NCBI RefSeq assembly: GCF_964355755.1
Contig: NC_092670.1
Span: 17,036,795-17,100,794 of the forward strand
Length of the DNA stretch: 64,000 nucleotides
Reading direction: 5' to 3'
Source: Antedon mediterranea
Lineage: Eukaryota; Animalia; Echinodermata
The first letter of the stretch is position 1, and each line of letters begins with the position of its first letter. Positions 23,491 through 35,808 of the stretch are shown in pieces. Both the position numbers and the translations under genes were made by a program. Under the pieces are notes generated by a model. The model searched no databases, was not told where the DNA came from, and was given only the letters and a program-made list of their open reading frames with translations.

Positions 23491-26400
23491 TAATATACTG
23501 TAGTTTTCATTGTCAAGAAGAGTTGAGGCTTTGCACAAGTGATGCTGTTACCATACTTATCTGGGTAAATAAAAAGGTATTAACAGTTAAATTGCATTAT
23601 AAGCTAATACAAAAAGATTAAAACCATACATTTAAAGCAAACAAAAAGTATCATTGTGCAATAGTGTGCAATAGTTTGCAATAGTGTGCAATAGTTTCCA
23701 ATATAATGGGTTAGGGTAATGGCGCCCTCTAAAGGAACATCCTGAGCTGTAAGAAAATACATAATAAAAATAATATTGTCTGACATTAATTGTTCAATAA
23801 ACTCAACCAAATACTTAGTATTGCTTTATTTTCAATTAAAACTTATTTATGCTCAAATACTAATAGGCTACTGTTAGTACTGTATACTGTAATCAGGGAT
23901 ATAGGAATGCCATGGCCTAGTTAGGCAAATTGGTAATGTATAGATGAACAGAATAACCACAGGTCAATATTCTATAGAGTATCGTATAATCATTCATAAT
24001 ATGTACAACAAATTATACTAGCTCTGGGCATTCTACTATACAAGATACTTAGCATACCTTTGATAGATCAGTTATATCGCTAAAAAAATCAATCACATAA
24101 CAAACTGTCAGTCAAAGTAAAATACGTTGTTTATTTAAATGTCTATTTAATCTAAGTATTCATTTGATGAAATAACATTGTTTGTAATTCACTTATTCAT
24201 GACATCATACAGTTTAACCTTTGTCATATTTTTTAATTGAGGTAAAAGGAACTAGTACCTACATGTGACGTTGCCGTCTTTTATTAATAATAATAATTTA
24301 GGTTTATATAGCACGCCTTACGGGTTGGTAAAGGTTTCAACATGAACACTTTTTCACAGAGAGGCCTTTATCAACCCTGTGGCCAGCACATTGATTGTTT
24401 CCGGTTTTTTTGACCACCCCATCACTTTATTTCTCGTGGCTACAGCACTGACTATGGAGAAGCCTCAATGCGCTTAAACAATAAAAATAAAAAGAAAAAT
24501 ACTAGTTAAAAAGTTTTTAATGTTGACTGACAGATACAGTGGCCCAAGAAAAAGTGTAATCATGTTTTGTTGACAGAGATATATGAAACTTATCACAATA
24601 TCATATTAATGACTTAGATGAACATTGTAGTTTTAATAACTTGTATCATATCATATGTTACAACAAAGGATCCCAATGGAAATAAGCTGATAAGCTTTTT
24701 GGGCTATCCTGGAAAATCTTTTACAAATGTATTATTTGTAATGTCCGTAATTTATGTTATCACTTTATATTTTTTTTTTATGATGATTTTCAAAATAAAT
24801 TCAAATCAAATCAACACTTTGCAAAAACAATGGATTCCTAATGGTGGAAACCTGCCAACAAAATAATACTAGAATCCATTATCGTGCATTCATAGATTCT
24901 ATTAATATTTCACTCTAAGGCTTAATCTATTAGACACCACAATTGCTTAAAATCCCCCAAACTATATTATTCGACCTATCACACTTGAGGTCGCCCACCT
25001 GTACATAGCTATAGGCATTATCTTAAAGCGTTTCATGTATCAGAATCCAACTTTGGGATCGTCATCAATGTTTTGGAATGTTTTAATCACTGCAAAAATG
25101 ATTGCGCTTCAGTTGGTAGTAGATATGATTACTAGGACAAATGGACGTTGCTATTGCTGTGACGCAAATGGCATAGATTACAATGAATTAACTTGTTTTT
25201 GTTACTCACTTTAATCTATTCTTACCAATTTCGATGAATAACAAAATATTAATATCAAAAATTTAACTAAAATAAATAATATTTTTAGTTAATGCAGATT
25301 AGGATATTTTTTCCACAAAAAATATGATAATTTTTGTATACATCGCTCAATTTATTACTGGTCACCCATTGTATTTTGGTTTGTGCCGGGTGATATGGTG
25401 AAAAATTAGCCCTGTTCTCATCATGCAAGTTCACAACATCACACAACCTCGTCTAGACAATGGGACTATTAAAATCGGTATCGAGCACACTTTTCTATTT
25501 GAAAATACGGTAGAGGCCTATATTTTGTAAAGCTATGGTATTAAGGCCTGCCAGATACAATGATGTAGATGACAACGCAACGTCTCTGATAACATTTTAT
25601 GGTGTCGATTATAACATTATGTCTCCAACAACATTCTCTGATGATATGTATGTCTCTTACTAGTCCGATCACATTATATAACACATACTGTACACTACAG
25701 TATATCCTGTTTGCAAAAATCATTAAAGCATACTTAAGTACTATAATAATAAAGTACAAGCTACTTTCATAAATAATTGCATTTCGATGATTAAACTCAT
25801 GAGAATTATTTTACATGACACTTGTATACTTCTTAATAACTTAATAAATTGAAATTGCTAGACCTTGGTAAATAATCAAATTAGTACACTAATCTGACCT
25901 TCAAGATTCAGCCTATGAAAAGCTAGGTACATTAGGGACAAAATGAATCGCAGTATTAACCATTTCACAAGTACTTAGATGTCCAGAATATTCCTATTAA
26001 CCAGAGTGAGATGTTAATATCTGAGGATACATATACATTAGTAATGATATTCACAATGATCATCGCCTTCTTTTCAGATATGTTTTTAGAAGCTGTTAAA
26101 CGTTTTGCATTACTATGTAGCAATTGCATTTAGGCAAAATTAGGTCAAATCAACTAAATATTGTTATAAGGTTAATTTCACAATCCTGTTGGGATATTTT
26201 TTCTATTTTAAACTGTACTGAATGTACTGTAAAACATGAAAAATAAGTCCTGGTCCCTGCTGTATTTTTTTACATAATTTCTTTGATTTTTATTAATTAA
26301 TTTTTTGTCGTCATTTATTTTATATTTATATTTTATTTATGTTATATTTTATTTATGTTAAAGGAAAGTCTTTAAACAGTGATTGGGTTCGCTTGTGACA

Positions 26401-26934
26401 ATCCTGGCTTTTTGTTTCATTATACATATATTTTTATGTTTTCTGTTGTAATTGTAATGAGCCGATATTGAATAAATCAAATCAAAAAATCAAAGTACAA
26501 TGTTTAATTAATTAGGGATAAATGAACAGTTAATTATATTATATTTATATATTAAAAGAAAATACATTTGCAAAAGGCCATTATTAGTTCACAGTTGATG
26601 AAAAGTTTTTATGTATAAAAAATAATATTAGATCAAAGTTGATAGAAAGTTTGTCTCCATTTTAATTAGTCAGTTTAATAATGACAAATGATTTCAACAT
26701 TAAAATGCATAATTCGATTATGGCCATTATAGTTTATAAATAGAAACAAGAGTGAAATCTGTAGGGATCTTTTTACATTTCAAAATTTCTTGGAACAATG
26801 CGTAATGTCATACATATGGAAAGTAATGTCACAACTCGGGATTGCTTTCATTTTTAAAAATTAAGTTACTGTAGGCCTACAATTAGGGCATGTTTATCTA
26901 TTTTCTTCAGAAAATTCTTTTAACCCAGATATTG

Positions 26935-27001
26935 ATATCTGAATTTTCTAGATCTAGAAAAGTCAGATATCCGAGTTTTCTAGATCTAGAAAAGTCAGAT
27001 A
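26935..27001. repeat. 32-bp tandem pair, each unit with the 18-bp palindrome ttttctagatctagaaaa
   Basis: Palindromes at 26944-26961 and 26976-26993. Confidence 0.9.
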
Positions 27002-29059
27002 CTGTATGAGTTTATCTGTTATCCAGTGCTGTTTGGTTTTAATGGTAAACAGCTGAGTATACTTCAGGATATTCCTGTTCTCTGCTGCCTTCAGCATGTT
27101 CCATAAACACAACCTTTAGGAAAGTCATTTGGTATGATATATTTCACAGGGCACTATGCTGACCAGTAGGGTCAATACCGGTCAAGTGATGGACAACTCT
27201 ATCCAAATAAACCAATGATAGGAATCACTCAATCAAGTTTAAAATATCAGCACTTCTTAGAAAATCAATCTTGATACTGTTACTTATGTTGAGATGACTC
27301 TTGATCTTGGTCTAGTTATATAAGCTCATGGTGCACAAGACTTTGTTTACAATTTGGATCTAGATTTATACTCTTGACAATATTTTAAACTAATACCTTG
27401 TCTTGTCTGTCCTAAAACAACATGTAAATTGAAAGGGAAGATGGCAGGTTAGATAAATCATTTTAAAGGAGACTTTAGTAGTAGTGAAAAACTACTTTAA
27501 AAGGCAAAATCTTTCTTACATAGAATAGATACATACTGTATTTAGCAGCCACAGATATTTATAACTTATTGCATGTGAGTGTGATATATTATAGTTTTGG
27601 TGGTTTTTTCAGGTTGTTGGTTATTTTAAATTTGTCCAATTTCTACAGACAAGAAATTGGGAGTAATTTATTCACATGCTTATTTTTTTTAGCAGCAGAA
27701 ACATGTCCCTAATCTCCTACAGTGTATTTCTAAATAGTAAATTTCAAATGAGAAAACATAGTGAAGAACACACTTATAGCGTGGTTTAACGTTGACTAGG
27801 CCTAGCATCATCATGATGCGCTAATTGGAAGCATTAATCACACAAACCACAAACCTACAACAATACTTCATAAAAACAACCCGATCAAAATAACCTTTTA
27901 ACAATTTAGTACCAAATTAGAATAATTGCTCATAAACAAAATCACTAAAATAATGCACCGACAGATGAATAATTAATTTAAATTTTAACAATTGACAGCT
28001 TGGATAGAAACCATAACTGAACTTAAAATAAAAAGTTTCTTAATGGTACCAGCAACTTATAAATACACCGTACAAGTTAGTCTCGGGGAGCATAGATATG
28101 AAAATTAGAAACAAATAGAGACTATACTCATATGTACATGGTGAAACACATTTTATATTAATTCTAATCATACCAGCTAGCTGTCTGTATTTTTTTTAAT
28201 TTTCAAGAAATTAATTAACACATCATGTGACTGTAGTTACTACAATTTTACTGCAATAATTTAGTTCATTCAAGTTTATGAGGCAGTCACTGCAATAAAC
28301 AGTATGTACTGTACAATTACAAAAAAAAAAGTTTGCTAAATATTGAAGTTAAAAAGAAATTGTAGTTACTGCAGTAACTGCAGACTGCAGTAGAATAATT
28401 AAAATGAAAGCACCCAAACACACTAAATCCAGTGTACCCGTACATCTTAAAATAAACCAATATAATGAGAGCAAGAAATATGAATTTATTCCAAAAATAT
28501 TAAAAACACATTATTATGTGACCAACATTATATCAACCTTTACTATAAAAAATGTAAGAAAACTCACTAACATGCTAAATATAATTCATGACAAGATTAC
28601 TAATGAGCATAACATCATCTTGCCAATAATTCATACAAATGGAACGATACATGGCGTTAAAATCTATCTAAATATTCTCCGTCATTGTTGCATCATCATT
28701 ATTAAGGAACATTAAATCGTAAATCCAAACATTAGTTTTTAACGATATTTTATTTTTCCCATAAATTTAGGTGTCATAATTTTATCATGCAATTTTTAAA
28801 ATGTTTTGTAACTGGGTTTTGTAGTTCTATAAAAACCTTTCATCCAAAACTAAAAGTTTGTTATAAACTTTTAAATAAGCATTTGATTGGTCCATTTTAT
28901 TTGATCTGAAGTGGGACATTTACTTTACTGTGTGTACTTGAACCAACTGTACACTATAACAGTTTTTACTGTACTTTTCTACTTCAGATCAAAAGTGGTA
29001 CTGATTATCATCTTCACTTGAGTGTACAGTTTGAAATAAATATTGGTAAAATGCTAACT

Positions 29060-29229
29060 ATAGGAAGCTTTTGATTTGCGACGACCGAAGACACGGTCGT
29101 CAACTGGACATATAAACCATCAAAACTGTGTTGAGGTGGGTAGTAAGAAAAATGTCCCAATATCCCGATGTGCACAGTGAACTAACATGACCAAACTTTG
29201 GTCGTCACAAATCAACGAATGCTCCCTAT
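29060..29229. mobile_element. MITE family 4 copy
   Basis: ataggaagcttttgatttgcgacgacc / ggtcgtcacaaatc..gctccctat; related to 46373-46612 in the opposite orientation. Confidence 0.7.
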
Positions 29230-29293
29230 TGTCACCATTTCAGCGCATTAAATAAGAAAATAAGAGTTACTATGATAGTTGCAATATTTATTC

Positions 29294-29734
29294 TAAGAGA
29301 GAATGTTGTTGTTGTTGTTGTTGTTGATTCAATAACCGAAAAGTACTAAAAATGGTACTTATTAAGTTATTACAACGTTTCTCAAACTCAGTTTGCTTTG
29401 TCAAGTAGACTGTTGATCTTGGTTACAGTATAATGATCAATACGTCACATCGGTGTTATTGTATCTGTAACAAAAAGGGACGATGGTGGACACAACGTCG
29501 GACACAACGTCTCACACATACGATGACATCATTCAGACCCAGGAAAACAAGTGGGTAGAGCAATGTCAATGTTGCAGCAAAAAAACAGCGCCCTCAAAAA
29601 CACTGAGGTGACGTATTGACCAGTCTACTTGAGAAAGAAAACTGAATGTTTTCAAAACGTTGTTGTACTGTAGTAAGTACCATTTTTAGTAATTTTTGAT
29701 CTGTTGGATCAACTAAAAAGAAAAATTTCTCTTA
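29294..29734. mobile_element. Fold-back element with ~150-bp inverted arms carrying hammerhead-like motifs; collapsed relative at ~18-105
   Basis: tactaaaaatggtactta / taagtaccatttttagta; tcaagtagactg / cagtctacttga; tcaatacgtcac / gtgacgtattga. Confidence 0.75.
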
Positions 29735-32056
29735 TTTAAAATATTAGAATCCAAATTTCAAGAATATTGATTCTATTGTAACAGTTCAAATGTTTATATG
29801 CAAGGTTGCAAAGTGAATGTGTGTATAATGGATGGCACTTGGGAATTCACAAATGGACTCAAATCTGTACAAACAAAAGGTCAGAAAATCTGTACAATTG
29901 TTACAAAGATTAAAACAATCGAAAAAATGAACGACAGACAATAAGCATACAAGCCAATCCTCTTAAAGATGAAGGCTTGTCAAGAGACAATCATTTTTTA
30001 CGGATGTTTACAAAAATCTCAAGTATAAATGAAAGTTCACTGGCTGGCTTTGTAAGGTTAAATGAATACAAAAAGCACCCAGTTTACAATTGATACGAAC
30101 CATTTTTACAGAAAATATTGCATTGCATACTGCCATTGAGTAATGGAAATTGTGACTACGGTATATAAAAAACCACTGGAAGCAATATTCAAAATCTTAG
30201 AGTAGGAAACCGATGTATTTTATACGAAAACTTAATTGCAATAACTCGTAACGATAATCTGGTTAGAGATCGATGATGTCTAAAATGAGGATGGAATGAG
30301 TATAAAGAAAAATGAAAGCAATCATGATAATACCTACTTCTTATTATTAATTAATTACACTGAACTTTGGATCAATTGACATACTACAAAATTAGCTATT
30401 TGATCGCTTTACTACAAATTTTAATTTTACCTTGTAAAAGAAACGTCTTTGGTGTACAAACATGTTTTCAAATAACAACTTATTTCAAGTACAGTAATAC
30501 TCTAATCAGACATTAATTAAAAAAATAAACTTGTCTTTAGTGGTACTATTTCAATTTCATATTGCAGTTTGTTTATGTGTTGTTGTAAAGAAAGGTACAG
30601 ACCAAGGAATTGAATGTTAGACCATCAATTCTTGTTTATTTTTTAGCGACAACAGGCAGAGTCATATCTGCAAACGGCAACAACCCCCAACTAATCTCTT
30701 ACAATACATTTTTTTTTTTTTTTATAGAAAACAACGTTGATTTGGGGTTCTAACCCTTTTCTAAACTTACTAAACTATTCAGCCGAACAGCTGGCTTCTT
30801 GAAAAAACATCAACATTAAACGGCTACAATAGTATTTCATATGGGATAAATGTTTCTATCAGAAGACACGATATTACATACTGTTTATTGTCCCTGTACA
30901 TTATTTGTGTTTATGTTTAGGCTGAGTTGTTTCAAGCAGTTATGAAACATGTACATGTTAAATTGAGGTACAACCCAGGAACCAGTCCTATACCCAACAC
31001 AGTATAAAAAAAATTGAATTGAAGAAGACCAATATAATTGATAATTGTAGTACTGTAGCAGGGAGTTGCAACTCCCTGGTAGTAGGTTGGCCACAGCTCT
31101 ATTGTTCATTGGTGTAAACATCTCATGATCACACAATACACTTGTGTTTACAGCCTTCATATAAATTGATTGTTCAACAGGATAGCATTCACAAGTAAAT
31201 TTACTTAACAAATAATCAGAACAAACACTTGGGTGTCTTTCGAGTGTGCTGTAAAAACTGGGGTGAAAGTTACTAGGTAAAGTCATAGTACTACAGTAGT
31301 AGTAGTAAATATTTTATAAACCCTATAAAAGTCATTGTGATAAAACAAAAGTACTATAAATCAGGGACTTGTACACAAGTTACAAGTAATGTTATTACAA
31401 TTACTGGCACCTGTTTGTTCAACAAGTGGTAGGCAATGATGGCATCAAATTTAGATCATGATTAGACCACTAAAATACTCATGTCGATAAAGAATTTGGG
31501 AAGAAATTATAATGTTTAGATGTTATGATATTCACTCATAATTCTATATTTGGGCATAATAAGAATGTAAATTAAAATCTACAAATGTAAAATCTTTCGC
31601 AATTAAATAATAAAATAAAATCCCATACAAAAAATAAATAAAATTTACATCTTACTGGTTAAAAAACATAAAACTGTTTAAAACCTTACTGTGTCCTCTA
31701 TCATTAAGCATAAAAATGCTAAACAGGAGGATATCAACGACATGGCATCTGTTTTAAAATGCAACCAAATAGGTAATTTACAGCCATTTGTATCTAGAAA
31801 ATTATTCTCAAAATGTAAAATACTACATAAAGTATGTGACAGACATTAGACATAATTAAACATTAATTTATAGTGATACTAGTAGTCATACTACTACATT
31901 ATATTTTTATTCATTTTGTGATGTTTTTTAGTGAATGAATATTTTCAAAATCACCTGTGGAATATTACTATTGCTACATCATAGAATATAGATTATATGT
32001 TCAAGGAAATGTCAATGACTAAATATATCAAAATTCTGTTTCATATTATTATTATT

Positions 32057-32179
32057 AGCTCTGTCTACACTATCAAACTACTTTGACAAAAAAATAGGGT
32101 AGCGCCATGACATCATCATGTCCATATATGGGCACATCACATTTTTTTGTCACCACATAAAGTTTGATAGTGTAGACAT
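32057..32179. mobile_element. MITE family 1 copy
   Basis: agctctgtctacactatcaaac ... gtttgatagtgtagaca. Confidence 0.8.
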
Positions 32180-34218
32180 AGAAAAATGTAATTTAGTAAA
32201 AATATCGAAATATTAATTATTATATAAATTCAGTTAAAAACCAGATGGTTAGCAATGACACTAAAATGGCATTAAAATACTAGCAACTATTTTAACCATT
32301 TAATTATTATAATAATTATATAAAAAATCAATAAGAAGCATAATTTATGTTGACATTTTCAAATACTGCAGGTAAGAGCATCTGGTATTAACCGGTTCCT
32401 TGGTTTATTAATAATTAATATTATAAAAAATATATATATAAAAAGCGGGAATTCAAACTTCAATTGCATAAATGTTTAAATTACTCAATTTTCAGGGAAA
32501 CTAGATACAAGGTTGTTGGAGGACTTGCACAATGGTAATACTATTCAGTTTTGGGAAAGGTGACCATATTGACCAAGTGAATCAAATAACATTGCAAAGC
32601 TGGTCTGATTCAAAAAGACATTAAATTTAATGTAAAATCAAAATATGATATTTATGATCACGTACACCGGAAAACATTTTTTTTATATTCATACTGTTAT
32701 CTGATACTATAAACAAACTAATCAAAATTTCCCAGAATTTTATTGCAACTTTAAGGACTAAAACATTATTAATGTCTTAATAGAAATAATCAAAATATTG
32801 TTAATTAATTTTATGGATTATTGTTTTAATTTCTACTGTACTCTATCTACTCAGAAACCAGAACAATTCTGAGAATGATTGCTTTATATATGATAGTCCA
32901 CAAATTGAGTGCATCTAGGGACCAACTAATTCAATCCATAAATAACTAATATTAAGTCTGTACTTTCTTTGACCAATACATTCTACATTAAGGCAAGGTA
33001 AAGGAATTAGGCATACAGTACTAATGATCACCAAAATGATTAATTAGATTTTAAGTTAGTTAGAATCTGATAAGACATAATTATTAAATTTAAAATTAAT
33101 TTTCAGTGTTCCATTTCATTTGGTAATTGTTGTTTAATTAAATAGTTTATAATACAATTTCTCCTTAATGTCAACATTGACATTTAATGGGTATACAGTA
33201 GTCTTGGTTTACATGAATTCTGTACTGTAAATTGTTTTTTTAATTCAATCAATACAGAGCAAACATTGTGATGTAATTTGGTAGTCTACAAAGTAATGAT
33301 GTGCTCAAATTAATGTTTTAATTGGTAGACTCAGTACAGAACGCAAGTCTAAAGTTTACACAAATCGCTTTACCGAGCTCAAGAAGATTGATAATTGTTG
33401 AAGATTGATAATTGTTGAATATTAGTACATTAGGTCTCGCATGCATTCGGAGATTCAATATTATTCAATAATAAAATAAGTCATACTGACTACTGTGTTG
33501 CTAAGACTTAAATAAATATTATCAGCCTATTTTTTAAATCAAATTTTCATTTCAAAAATATTTTGGGAAGGAGATGATTTTTTTCAATTTTATTATCAGC
33601 ATAGTATGTTTCATCACACCATATTTACTGTACTGTACTCTATAATCCTACCTACCCACAGTAATCTACAGTAGGCTTTCAGAGAATCGTAAAGTAGACC
33701 GATGTCATCTTAGGACTGTTTAGGCCAAGTCAAGCAGAAACCCAATTCAACTAAATGGGTCCTTGGGCTTAGCCTTTTCAGATTTATAATAAAAAATAAC
33801 AAAAAAGCCATCTCCCAAGTATAATCCCAACATTATTTTGCCAAATGATGTGGCCATTGTCTCATTATACTACTATTATTTGATTATGTGTAACTGTAAT
33901 ACTGTACCACAGTCAATCTTTTTCCTAGAGTACTAAGAAAAACTTATGTACTGTGTTTTTGAGATTTGTATCCTTACTAGAGGTTTTTACTTTGTATTTC
34001 CTTAAAGTTTAAAACCTTTCAACTAATAGAGGTCTTTGTTTTAAATTGAAACTGATACTCTGCAATGTTTTTTAACCGTTATTCATGTGCACCTCCAGTA
34101 AACAAATGGATACAAAACCTACAAGTCAAATTGTCATATTAGTATTGTATGTTACTGATAATTTATTGATGTGAGAGCTTTTACTTACCTTTGGTATAAC
34201 TGAACATTGTAGAAATGT

Positions 34219-35808
34219 TCAAATCTGCGACTCTTTTGATGTTTTTCGTGGCTTTGGAGAAGGCTTTTCAAGATGTTCATCAAAACTAATGGATTCTCCA
34301 GAAGTTAACTGTGCAATATCATTAGATGATATAGATCCCCATTTTATTTTTGGTAGAAGATCACGACCTTTCTCCAGCTCTTTGATGTTACCGTGGGAGG
34401 CAGAGCGTACGTTGCCATTGGTTAATCTTGGATAGACTTTTGCATGGCCCTTCATTTGGTGGCTATCATTAGTTTCATTAAAAGCCTTAACTCTTTCCTC
34501 TAACAGTACTTGTCGTACAAGTTTCTTTAACAGATTCATTGCAGGTTCAGACGTTACTTCTTCGTCTTCATCTTTTTCTTTCTGTTCATCAAGTTTCTGA
34601 GCACAGCATTTAGGTGTTTCTGGCACAGAATATGTTAGTTCAAATTTAGAATAATTTATATCATATTGATTATCGTTTTCGCTATGAATCGCGATGACAG
34701 AACTGCAGAACCGATGTCCCCACTGAATTTCAGACGGCAAATAAGAAGTTCTTGCTTGCGTTGTCAAACCTGTTTGTTCTACAATACCTTCTAATATAAC
34801 AACAATTTCAAAATCTGCAGTGTCCAATTCTTTTGCAGATAAAGTATAAAGTGGACTTTCTTCATCAATGGTGTGAGAAACAATTAAAGGCCACACAAGA
34901 AATATACGATCCTCACCTGTGTCATAGTTCAAGTCTAAATTATATTGAAAAAGGGGAATGATTTCTTTCTCGGCTGTTACCCTTGGTTTAACCATATATG
35001 CACGTAGATGGGCCTCAAATAAATGACTATCCCGTATATCTCCTACACGAAACATAAAACATAACTTTTCGTCTCTTAGAGCAATGACTGCATTACGACT
35101 GAATTTTAGTGTGGCCGCTCGCTTCTTGGGCCTCGCAATTTTGGCGAAAATGCAACCAATCATGACAGCGTCGACTAAACTGCTAACTACTGATTGGATG
35201 ACAACTATAAAAATAGCTATTGGACACTGTTCTGTGACGCTACGAAACCCGTAGCCAATTGTTGTTTGTGTTTCGAGTGAGAATAAAAATGCACCTGTAA
35301 AAGTTTCAACTTTATAAACACATGGTTCCCATGTACCATTCGGGTAACGTTCTGAGTAACCAAGATCACCATGAACGGAAGCAATAATATACCAAATTAG
35401 TCCGAAAATAAACCAACCAAGAACGTAAACTAGCGTAAATGTAAGTAGATTGTATCGCCATCTTAAATCTACCAACGTAGTAAACATATCTGCAATAAAC
35501 CAAAATCCACGGTATTTAATATGTGTATGTGTTACGTTACACCAACCATCTTTACGTACCAATCGTTGCATTTGTTTTCGACGTTTCAATTTTTTGCGTA
35601 GCTTATACGATTTCATAGATTCTTTTCGGCTATGGTGGTTTGGTACATCAGCATGTGTTTCAATTGGTTGGCCCTCCACATCAGAACTACTTATTGAGCT
35701 AGCCATACTTCCACGCCATCCTGTCATCATTCGATCTCCTTCTGCTCCGGGCAGTCTACATGTACTGTCTGATCCATGCATTTTCTCATAGGTGTTTTTA
35801 TCAAACAT
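34219..35808 (-). CDS. Inward-rectifier K+ channel (Kir/KCNJ family), paralog A, 529 aa, single coding exon; Kir2/Kir3-like
   Basis: RLVRKDGWCNV, DMFTTLVDLRWR, AFLFSLETQTTIGYGFR pore, KIARPKKR PIP2 site, ILEGIVE...QARTSYLPSEIQWG, C-terminal ESQI. In-frame TAA directly before the ATG; acceptor ttttacag at 35883. Confidence 0.96.
   Translation of the reverse strand: MFDKNTYEKMHGSDSTCRLPGAEGDRMMTGWRGSMASSISSSDVEGQPIETHADVPNHHSRKESMKSYKLRKKLKRRKQMQRLVRKDGWCNVTHTHIKYRGFWFIADMFTTLVDLRWRYNLLTFTLVYVLGWFIFGLIWYIIASVHGDLGYSERYPNGTWEPCVYKVETFTGAFLFSLETQTTIGYGFRSVTEQCPIAIFIVVIQSVVSSLVDAVMIGCIFAKIARPKKRAATLKFSRNAVIALRDEKLCFMFRVGDIRDSHLFEAHLRAYMVKPRVTAEKEIIPLFQYNLDLNYDTGEDRIFLVWPLIVSHTIDEESPLYTLSAKELDTADFEIVVILEGIVEQTGLTTQARTSYLPSEIQWGHRFCSSVIAIHSENDNQYDINYSKFELTYSVPETPKCCAQKLDEQKEKDEDEEVTSEPAMNLLKKLVRQVLLEERVKAFNETNDSHQMKGHAKVYPRLTNGNVRSASHGNIKELEKGRDLLPKIKWGSISSNDIAQLTSGESISFDEHLEKPSPKPRKTSKESQI

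Noticed and set aside
23051-23621. Two ORFs with repeated Cys-rich peptide
   Set aside because: Translation of satellite monomers
30885-31286. 133-aa minus-strand ORF
   Set aside because: No recognisable domain or splice context; may be decayed LINE sequence, which I cannot confirm
35450-35791. Plus-strand ORFs antisense to Kir and MSANTD genes (also 55847-56208, 59377-60006, 60565-60804)
   Set aside because: Shadow ORFs of real coding sequence with no recognisable motifs
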